A stretch of 14,029 bases of DNA from a candidate division WOR-3 bacterium (lineage in GTDB: Bacteria > Hydrothermota > Tepidihabitantia > SM23-42 > JAOAFX01), in assembly GCA_039802265.1 (NCBI GenBank), contig JBDRWI010000060.1:1-14029 (forward strand). Direction: 5' to 3'. A model generated the notes under the pieces. The model was not told the DNA's origin. It saw nothing but the letters and a program-made list of their open reading frames with translations, and ran no database searches. Shown piece by piece: positions 7,504 to 14,029 of this stretch (within the stretch, counting starts at the first letter, position 1; every line of letters starts with the position of its first letter). A program made the translations under genes and the position numbers.

Positions 7504-10316
7504 AGGATTCTCCGCAAAAATTGACCGGTGTAGGAATTCTTATGTTTAGCGACATCTTCAGGGGTTCCGGTGCATACTACCCTCCCCCCTTCCTCACCAC
7601 CTTCGGGTCCCAGGTCAATTATCCAGTCAGCACACTTTATTACCTCAAGGTTATGTTCAATAACAATCACTGTATTACCCCGGTCAACAAGTCTGTTTAA
7701 TACATCCAGGAGTAATTTTACATCCTCAAAGTGTAGCCCGGTTGTGGGTTCATCAAGGATGTAGAGTGTCCTACCAGTTGCAATCTTTGATAACTCCTTG
7801 GCAAGTTTAACCCGCTGTGCCTCACCACCCGAGAGGGTGGTTGCTGGCTGACCGAGTTTTATATAGCCAAGTCCAACATCGTATAATAACTGCAGTTTTC
7901 TCTTTATAGGTGGAATATGTTGAAAGAAATCCAGTGCCTCCGCAACCGACATATTCAATACCTCACTGATATTCTTACCCTTATATTTAATCTCAAGGGT
8001 TTCACGGTTAAATCTCTTACCCTGGCAGGCATCACAGGTAATATATACATCTGGTAAAAAATGCATCTCAATCCACAAAATCCCTCCTCCTTCACACTGT
8101 TCACACCTGCCCCCGGGCACATTGAAGGAAAATCGGCCCGGTCTATAGCCACGCACCCTTGACTCGGGCAGTGAGGCAAATAAATCCCTGATCGGCGTAA
8201 AGGCTCCGGTGTATGTCGCAGGATTTGATCTGGGGGTCCTGCCAATTGGTGACTGGTCAATATTTATCACCTTATCAATTTGTTCAATCCCCTCAATCCT
8301 TTTATATTCACCTGGAGGATATTTGGAATGGTAATACTCCTGAGCAAGTGCCCTAAAGAGTGTATCAACGATAAGCGTTGACTTTCCGGACCCACTCACA
8401 CCTGTCACACACACAAAGACACCAAGAGGAATCTCAACATCAATATCTTTGAGATTATTTGCCTTTGCTCCCCTTATGATTAATGAACCCTTTCGCAGAC
8501 GTCTTACCCTGGGTAATTCAATCCGCCTTACACCCGAGAGATATTGGCCGGTAATAGACTCTGGATTTCTTGCCACTTCCTCAGGCGTTCCGGCACATAC
8601 CAAATATCCACCCTGTTCACCAGCCCCTGGTCCTAAATCTATTACAAAATCTGCGGTGTGAATAGTTTCGGCATCATGTTCTACTACCAGGACTGTATTA
8701 CCTAAGTCACGCAGGGACTTTAATGTATCAAGTAATCGCTTATTATCGCGTTGATGCAGACCGATGGAAGGTTCATCAAGGATGTATAGAACACCAACCA
8801 ATCCCGAGCCAATCTGGGTTGCAAGGCGAACGCGTTGCTCCTCACCCCCAGCCAATGAATCGGTCGTTCTATCAAGGGTCAGATAATCAAGACCTACCGA
8901 GTTCAAAAAATCAAGCCGGCGGATGATCTCTTTTATTATTTCCTTTGTGACAATCTTCTCTTTTTCGGAAAGTTTCAAATTTTTGAAAAACAAAAGGGCA
9001 TTCTTAACTGAATACTCTGTTATCTCGGCAATATTCTTTCCGCCAATCTTTATTGATAGACTTTGGGGTTTCAATCTCTTTCCCTTACAATCTGGGCAGG
9101 GAGTAATCACCATATAGTCTTCTATCTCTTCACGCACTGCCTCCGATGTTGTCTCGCGATATCTTCGCATTAACTCTGGAATTACACCTTCAAACTCCTC
9201 TCTGAATACTCCCCTTCCCGAACCATCCCTGCGGATGTATTCTACTTCAATCGGTATATTCTCACCGTACAGTATTGTCTCTCTAATTTCTGGTGGTAGT
9301 TTATTGAATGGCTTATCAAGGTCAAAATTCAGTTTCCTTGCCAGTGCCTTCAATATTGCGGTCCGCCAGGTTCCAGGAAAACCATAGGGTTTAATTGCGC
9401 CATCAAGAATTGATAGATTCGGATTAATAATCACCCTTTTCGGGTCTATCTCCATCTTCGTCCCAAGGCCATCGCAGGTCTCACACGCACCGTAAGGTGA
9501 ATTAAATGAAAACATCCTCGGTGAAATCTCAGGATAACTTATCCCACAATTCACACAGGCAAGTTTCTGGCTAAAGATTCTTTCTTCCTTTGAATCAACT
9601 ATCACAATCAAAAGACCTTCACCTTCTTTCAGTCCCATCTCAACTGAATCCGCAAGCCTTTTTCTTACTCCCTCTTTTATTACGATTCTATCAACTACTA
9701 TCTCTATATTGTGCTTTTTATACCGTTCAAGTTCCGGAACCTCTTCAATCTCATAGATCTTTCCATCTACCCTTACTCTGACATACCCCCTTCTCTTTAT
9801 CTTCTGTAAATATTCTTTATATTCACCTTTTCTACCCCTTATCACCGGACCCAGAATTTCTATCTTTGTTCCATCCGGATAGGAAAGCAGGGCATCAACA
9901 ATCTGGTCCGCGGTCTGTGATTCAATACGCCTTCCGCATTGATAACAATAAGGAATACCAATACGGGCAAATAAAACCCTTAAATAGTCGTAGATTTCGG
10001 TAACTGTTCCAACAGTGGAGCGGGGATTTTTTGCAGCGGTGCGCTGCTGGATGGCAATCGCTGGAGAAAGCCCGGTAATCTCATCAACATCCGGTTTATC
10101 CATCATTCCCAAGAATTGCCTTGCGTATGCAGACAGAGATTCTACATACCTGCGCTTGCCCTCAGCATAAAGTGTATCAAATGCCAGTGAAGACTTTCCA
10201 GAACCGGATATTCCCGTGATTACTACAAATTTATTCCTCGGGATAAAGACATCAATATTCTTTAGATTATGGACCCTTGCACCCTTTACCCTTATGCCAT
10301 TATCCAGATTTGCCAT
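7500..10316 (-). CDS. uvrA: Excinuclease ABC subunit UvrA
   Basis: [11 protein letters not shown], two Walker A motifs ([16 protein letters not shown]), zinc fingers, [33 protein letters not shown]; 938 aa. Confidence 0.98.
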   Translation of the reverse strand: MANLDNGIRVKGARVHNLKNIDVFIPRNKFVVITGISGSGKSSLAFDTLYAEGKRRYVESLSAYARQFLGMMDKPDVDEITGLSPAIAIQQRTAAKNPRSTVGTVTEIYDYLRVLFARIGIPYCYQCGRRIESQTADQIVDALLSYPDGTKIEILGPVIRGRKGEYKEYLQKIKRRGYVRVRVDGKIYEIEEVPELERYKKHNIEIVVDRIVIKEGVRKRLADSVEMGLKEGEGLLIVIVDSKEERIFSQKLACVNCGISYPEISPRMFSFNSPYGACETCDGLGTKMEIDPKRVIINPNLSILDGAIKPYGFPGTWRTAILKALARKLNFDLDKPFNKLPPEIRETILYGENIPIEVEYIRRDGSGRGVFREEFEGVIPELMRRYRETTSEAVREEIEDYMVITPCPDCKGKRLKPQSLSIKIGGKNIAEITEYSVKNALLFFKNLKLSEKEKIVTKEIIKEIIRRLDFLNSVGLDYLTLDRTTDSLAGGEEQRVRLATQIGSGLVGVLYILDEPSIGLHQRDNKRLLDTLKSLRDLGNTVLVVEHDAETIHTADFVIDLGPGAGEQGGYLVCAGTPEEVARNPESITGQYLSGVRRIELPRVRRLRKGSLIIRGAKANNLKDIDVEIPLGVFVCVTGVSGSGKSTLIVDTLFRALAQEYYHSKYPPGEYKRIEGIEQIDKVINIDQSPIGRTPRSNPATYTGAFTPIRDLFASLPESRVRGYRPGRFSFNVPGGRCEQCEGGGILWIEMHFLPDVYITCDACQGKRFNRETLEIKYKGKNISEVLNMSVAEALDFFQHIPPIKRKLQLLYDVGLGYIKLGQPATTLSGGEAQRVKLAKELSKIATGRTLYILDEPTTGLHFEDVKLLLDVLNRLVDRGNTVIVIEHNLEVIKCADWIIDLGPEGGEEGGRVVCTGTPEDVAKHKNSYTGQFLRRIL

Positions 10317-10334
10317 TTTTTAAAGTTCAAATTC

Positions 10335-10742
10335 TTATTTGATAAACCTCTTTGCCGTCTCAAAGACAAATTTTGTATTCTTAATCGCCTTTTTTGCATC
10401 ATTTGAGGTATATTCTTCAGTAGGTATGAAATCTATATCTCCATAAAATGACAATTCTCTTTCTTTTCTTAATGCCTTTGAAATCTTTGCCAACTTTTGT
10501 GCCTTCTTTGTTGTGAGTCCCTTAAATCTCTTTCTATATTCCACGAGTAGACCACCGACATCGTGCCATTTTGGTGGCTCAATCCCTGACTGTCTTAACA
10601 TTCCTTTCAAACACAATTCAACAATCTCCTGTGCCTCGCGAATGACATCCGAATAAGCCTTTTTCTTTAAAAGAAGATTCAAGATTGGCATCCTTTTGGT
10701 CGCCTTGATTAAATAACTTTTTGCCAGGGTAGTATTGGTCAT
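10335..10742 (-). CDS. HEPN domain protein (COG2250-like), partner of the upstream MNT
   Basis: YSDVIREAQEIVELCLKGML, PPKWHDVG, RELSFYGD (RX4Y), EEYTSNDAKKAI. Start overlaps the MNT stop (ATGA). Confidence 0.9.
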   Translation of the reverse strand: MTNTTLAKSYLIKATKRMPILNLLLKKKAYSDVIREAQEIVELCLKGMLRQSGIEPPKWHDVGGLLVEYRKRFKGLTTKKAQKLAKISKALRKERELSFYGDIDFIPTEEYTSNDAKKAIKNTKFVFETAKRFIK

Positions 10743-11227
10743 AGCTCAAATACCTCGCCAGGTTTATAATCGGATTTTAGAATCCAGTACCAGTAATCAC
10801 CTAAATTTACCCTCTTTGCACCTAAATTTTGAAGTTTCCTTTTAAATTTTTTAAGATAATTCTTAAAGAAATTCTCCTTATCATAAAGGATGATACTATC
10901 ATCAATCATATCTAAAAATAATGGGCTTCCAAATAAAACCTCTTCTTTTGATTTAATGATTGGTGATAATGTGGTATAAATCCCCTTTTTATATAATCTC
11001 TCAAACTCGTCATTTAAATTCTCTTCTACCCTTGTAAATTCCTGAATCCTTCTCATCCTTCCTCTCGGCAATTGCTCGGCAATTATTAGAATATCTATAT
11101 CCGATTCATAATTAGGTGTCTGCCTGCCAACTGAACCATAAAGGACAAGGCTTACCAACCGATGGCCATAAGTGTTAATGATTGCCTTTTTCAATTTCGG
11201 AATCAGCCTTCTTATCTCAGCAATCAC
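10739..11227 (-). CDS. Minimal nucleotidyltransferase (MNT, pol-beta superfamily) of a HEPN-MNT toxin-antitoxin-like pair
   Basis: LVLYGSVGRQTPNYESDIDILII matches GS-X10-DXD; SPLFLDM...ILYDK; C-terminal YWYWILK. GTG start. Confidence 0.9.
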   Translation of the reverse strand: MIAEIRRLIPKLKKAIINTYGHRLVSLVLYGSVGRQTPNYESDIDILIIAEQLPRGRMRRIQEFTRVEENLNDEFERLYKKGIYTTLSPIIKSKEEVLFGSPLFLDMIDDSIILYDKENFFKNYLKKFKRKLQNLGAKRVNLGDYWYWILKSDYKPGEVFEL

Positions 11228-11233
11228 AATTCA

Positions 11234-11261
11234 ATTTTAGTCAAAATTGGGTATGTGTCAA
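11234..11261 (-). promoter_or_regulatory. sigma70-type promoter of MNT-HEPN, predicted leaderless
   Basis: TTGACA (11261-11256), 16-bp spacer, TAAAAT (11239-11234), 6 nt, then GTG start at 11227. No SD sequence. Confidence 0.7.
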
Positions 11262-11423
11262 GGTGAGAAGATTTTAACGAAAACAAGTTATTTTAGGGGG
11301 TCTCTTGATTACAGTGGTCAAAATCTCTGCCTGTCTTTCAAAGAATTTTTTCAATTGATTTAACTCTAACTTTCTAATCATCCTCGGCAGTGTATATCAA
11401 TTCTTCGGACATTTAAAATTTGA

Positions 11424-11721
11424 GGCTCTTCTCCAAAAAAGTTGGGGATTTGAGAGATAAAAAGCTTGAAACCTAAAATTTTAAGGAACCCCTCACCCCT
11501 GCCCTCTCCCCGCTAAAACGGGGAGGGATAAAGGTGAGAGTCCATATTGGTTTTGAGTTATACACTTTGGACCGGAAAACATTGAAAGAATCAGGATGTT
11601 GATTTAGTCTTTTTGGAAAAATAGCCCTATTAAATTCTTTATTTTTCAAGCCTTTTTAACAACTTGAATAGATAAAGAAGGATTTTTTAGCAAAAATCCC
11701 CAACTAAATTGGAGATGATCC
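11424..11721. mobile_element. 298-bp non-autonomous element (MITE / internally deleted IS), ISL3-like ends
   Basis: Left end GGCTCTTCTCCAAAAAAGTTGGGGATTT (11424-11451) versus reverse complement of the right end GGATCATCTCCAATTTAGTTGGGGATTT (11721-11694): 23/28 identical. Exact flanking 8-bp direct repeat AAATTTGA at 11416-11423 and 11722-11729. No transposase ORF. Confidence 0.85.
11489..11540. repeat. GC-rich REP-like palindrome inside the MITE
   Basis: CCCCTCACCCCTGCCCTCTCCCCG-CTAAAA-CGGGGAGGGATAAAGGTGAGAG: inner stem CTCCCCG/CGGGGAG, outer stem CTCACC/GGTGAG. Confidence 0.7.
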
Positions 11722-11958
11722 AAATTTGATATTGCAGGGCAAAGATTGCCGGTTCATAGTTCATTTTTCTTTTCATTACATTCAACAATTTTTTTATATC
11801 ATAGCCACCTCTAATAATAAAATAAAGGTCAATAAAATCCTTAGGCTCAAACCGGCCTGAAATTGCCATAGGTTTATTAATACCGATATTAAGAATACTA
11901 TCAATATTCATTTTAAATATTTTCATTCTTTTAAGGGGTAGTTGGTAAATATAGCATC

Positions 11959-11987
11959 TTGAAATTCATACCGATTTTTATTATACT
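11959..11987 (+). promoter_or_regulatory. sigma70-type promoter of sixA
   Basis: TTGAAA (11959-11964), 17-bp spacer, TATACT (11982-11987), then SD AAGGAGGT and ATG at 12006. Confidence 0.65.
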
Positions 11988-12005
11988 GATTGAAGGAGGT
12001 AAAAG

Positions 12006-12458
12006 ATGGAAATATTTTTAGTCCAGCATGGTGAGGCAAAATCAGAAGAAGAAGACCCACAGCGCCCATTGACGGATAAAGGGAAAGAAGATGTTTCAAG
12101 GGTTGCGGAGACGGTTGCAAAGATGAATTTGAAGATTGAACAAATTTTGCATTCAGGAAAGACGCGAGCAAGACAGACTGCCGAAATCTTTGCAAAATAT
12201 CTGCGGATGGCAAAGATAGAAGAGATAAAAGGGATTGGACCACTTGATGACCCCTATTTAGCAAAGGAATTGATTGAAAAGTCAGATAATAATTTGATGA
12301 TTGTCGGTCATCTGCCCCATTTGAGTAAACTTGTCTCACTACTTATCATTAACAATCCTGAAAGAGAAATTGTGAAATTTAAGATGGGTGGATTGCTTGG
12401 GCTTAAAAAGACTGAAACTGGCTGGTTTATTACCTGCTTTTTTACACCAGGTCTGTAA
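12006..12458 (+). CDS. sixA: Phosphohistidine phosphatase SixA family
   Basis: IFLVQHGEA, DPQRPLTDKG, HSGKTRARQTAE, MIVGHLPHL; 150 aa; strong SD. Confidence 0.9.
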   Translation: MEIFLVQHGEAKSEEEDPQRPLTDKGKEDVSRVAETVAKMNLKIEQILHSGKTRARQTAEIFAKYLRMAKIEEIKGIGPLDDPYLAKELIEKSDNNLMIVGHLPHLSKLVSLLIINNPEREIVKFKMGGLLGLKKTETGWFITCFFTPGL

Positions 12459-12488
12459 AAACCATACCGGCCTTTATGTGGTTTTTGA

Positions 12489-13547
12489 ATGGATATAAAT
12501 AATCCAAGAACACAAAAGGTATTGCTTCAGGAAAAGATAAATAATAAAGTGCGATGTCTCACCTGTGAAAGAAGGTGTACTATTGAAAATGGAAAACTTG
12601 GATTTTGTAAGACAAGAAAGAATATTGATGGTGAATTATATACACTTGTCTATGGTGAGGTCGCCCCAGGTTTCTATGGTATTCAGGCAAATCCCATAGA
12701 GAAAAAGCCTTTCTTTCATTTCTGGCCCGGAAGCAAGGCATTAACAATCGGCACCTGGTCCTGCAACTTTACTTGCCCCTGGTGTCAGAACTACGATATG
12801 AGTAAAAGACCTGATAAAATTGGTGATGGCTATTTTCTTTCGCCCGAGGAATTCATTGAAATAATGGAAAAGATGGGTTGTCAGGGAACTTCAATTTCCT
12901 TCAATGAACCAACCCTGCTTTTTGAATATTCCCTTCATGTTTTTAAACTTGCAAAGAAAAAGAATTATTATAACACCTATGTCACAAATGGCTATATGAC
13001 CGATGTCGCCTTAAAGATGTTAATTGATGCAGGTCTTGATGCGATGAATATTGACATCAAGGGTGATAAAAATGCAGTAAAAAAATTCTGTGGAGCAGAT
13101 ATTGAGAAAATCTGGCGAAATGCCAAAATAGCAAAAGAGGAGGGTATCTGGATAGAATTGACCACCCTGGTTATACCGGGTATTAATGATAATAAGAAAT
13201 GCCTCAAAGAAATTGCCGAAAGGATAAAAGTTGATTTGGGTAAGGATACCCCTTGGCATGTAAACGGGTATTATCCTGCTTATAAATTTGATGCACCAGA
13301 GACAAATTTTGAGACCGTAAAGATGGCATGGGAAATAGGTAGAAAAGCAGGGCTTGATTATGTCTATATTGGGAATTTTCCGGGCAACCTTTATGAAAAT
13401 ACCTATTGTCCTGAATGTAATGAAGTTTTAATTGCCAGGGATGGTTTTGATATTACAAAAATTAACCTTTATCAGAACAATAGCTGTCCCAAGTGTAAAT
13501 ACCCAATCCCTATTATTGGTCTTATACCTGCAAAGTTTGACAGGTAG
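12489..13547 (+). CDS. amrS: AmmeMemoRadiSam system radical SAM enzyme (PFL-activase-like)
   Basis: CLTCERRC...GFCKTRKN, PIEKKPFFHFWPG, CNFTCPWCQN (CxxxCxxC), FNEPT, VTNGYM, NIDIKG, ELTTLVIPG, YVYIGN, C-terminal CPEC/CPKC. Confidence 0.9.
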   Translation: MDINNPRTQKVLLQEKINNKVRCLTCERRCTIENGKLGFCKTRKNIDGELYTLVYGEVAPGFYGIQANPIEKKPFFHFWPGSKALTIGTWSCNFTCPWCQNYDMSKRPDKIGDGYFLSPEEFIEIMEKMGCQGTSISFNEPTLLFEYSLHVFKLAKKKNYYNTYVTNGYMTDVALKMLIDAGLDAMNIDIKGDKNAVKKFCGADIEKIWRNAKIAKEEGIWIELTTLVIPGINDNKKCLKEIAERIKVDLGKDTPWHVNGYYPAYKFDAPETNFETVKMAWEIGRKAGLDYVYIGNFPGNLYENTYCPECNEVLIARDGFDITKINLYQNNSCPKCKYPIPIIGLIPAKFDR

Positions 13548-13560
13548 CGCTTATAAATTT

Positions 13561-14029
13561 TTATCTGCAAAACACTATCTTCTTTGTTAAGTATGTATCA
13601 CCGATAGCGATTTTTATGAAATAAATACCGGAAGGTACTCTTCTTCCGCTGTTATCTCTATTGTCCCAATTGACCTCAAAGTGTCCGGGCATCTGTTCCT
13701 CAGCAATCAGTCTTCTCAATTCCTTTCCATATATGTCATAAACCAAAATCACAACCTCTGCTTTTCTATCTAAGGTATATGCAATTTTTATTCCAGAAAC
13801 AGAGGGGTTCGGGTAAAGGCTGATATTCCCAGCATATGAAGAAATTTGATTATTCTCACCTTCATTAATTCCAACATAAGGATGGATATGAGTGAATTCC
13901 CAGACCTCGCCATTTCTATTGCAACCATAGACCCTTACTGTATCATCATTTCTCCCCCTGCCGATTGCAACTCCGCAGGTAGCAGCAGATACCGCATCAA
14001 TCACCGTATCAACCCAAGATGATCCGCTC
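13561..14029 (-). CDS. 3' part of a secreted protein with a FlgD-Ig / T9SS type A-like C-terminal domain (start is outside the window)
   Basis: Frame stays open to the window edge (SGSSWVDTVIDAV...). C-terminal YPNP...IAYTL...VYDIYGK..R.L...WDNRDNSGRRVPSGIYFIKI...TKKIV. Preceded by a beta-propeller-like blade GVAIGRGRNDDTVRVYG...VWEFT. Confidence 0.88.
   Translation of the reverse strand, partial: SGSSWVDTVIDAVSAATCGVAIGRGRNDDTVRVYGCNRNGEVWEFTHIHPYVGINEGENNQISSYAGNISLYPNPSVSGIKIAYTLDRKAEVVILVYDIYGKELRRLIAEEQMPGHFEVNWDNRDNSGRRVPSGIYFIKIAIGDTYLTKKIVFCR

Larger units (their letters stand above)
11274..11960 (-). pseudogene. Remnant (C-terminal half) of an AbiEii/AbiGii-family nucleotidyltransferase toxin, interrupted by a MITE and frameshifted
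   Basis: Fragments: FTNYPLKE, frameshift, IDSILNIGINKPMAISGRFEPKDFIDLYFII...YEPAIFALQYQI, insertion, LNVRRIDI, 2-bp frameshift, LPRMIRKLELNQLKKFFERQAEIL...TAA at 11276-11274. K..A...R...KD..DL is the AbiEii motif. Family call is from motif recall; the 5' boundary is approximate. Confidence 0.75.

Noticed and set aside
6857..9781. Short ORFs within uvrA and the downstream membrane-protein gene
   Set aside because: Fully overlap confident CDSs, in antisense or alternative frames.
10317..10334. LexA/SOS box upstream of uvrA
   Set aside because: No CTGT-N8-ACAG or GAAC-N4-GTTC match; only a GAAC half-site is present.
11687..11926. 79-aa ORF as an intact small protein
   Set aside because: It is a pseudogene fragment; its C-terminus and stop lie inside the MITE end.
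11228..12005. CRISPR array, tRNA or riboswitch in the long intergenic gap
   Set aside because: No regularly spaced direct repeats, cloverleaf or recognisable aptamer; the gap is explained by pseudogene, MITE and promoters.
11923..12339. 138-aa minus-strand ORF
   Set aside because: Mostly antisense to sixA; only the last ~10 codons may belong to the AbiEii remnant.
12992..13259. Two minus-strand ORFs inside amrS
   Set aside because: Antisense shadows of a confident CDS.

Overview
Mostly housekeeping bacterial DNA. A FlgD-Ig/T9SS-type C-terminal domain suggests an FCB-group or WOR-3-like organism (inference). On the minus strand, rpsA is followed by two tRNA methylthiotransferases, mtaB and a partial miaB. 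Divergent from rpsA is a plus-strand run: lipoprotein cyclophilin, GDP-mannose-3,5-epimerase-like SDR, MGDG-synthase-like GT28 glycosyltransferase, Spy/CpxP protein. A second minus-strand run holds MNT, HEPN, uvrA and a membrane protein. The window ends with sixA, an AmmeMemoRadiSam radical SAM gene and the 3' end of a secreted protein. The most informative part is the apparently empty 11228-12005 gap. It holds a decayed AbiEii-type nucleotidyltransferase gene split by a 298-bp non-autonomous ISL3-like element (28-bp imperfect terminal inverted repeats, exact 8-bp target duplication AAATTTGA) that carries a REP-like hairpin. Next to it is a near-consensus promoter that would give a leaderless MNT-HEPN(-uvrA) transcript, with a palindrome over its -10 box. 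No rRNA, tRNA or CRISPR array was seen. I found no clearly new multi-gene system; the findings are structural and regulatory oddities.
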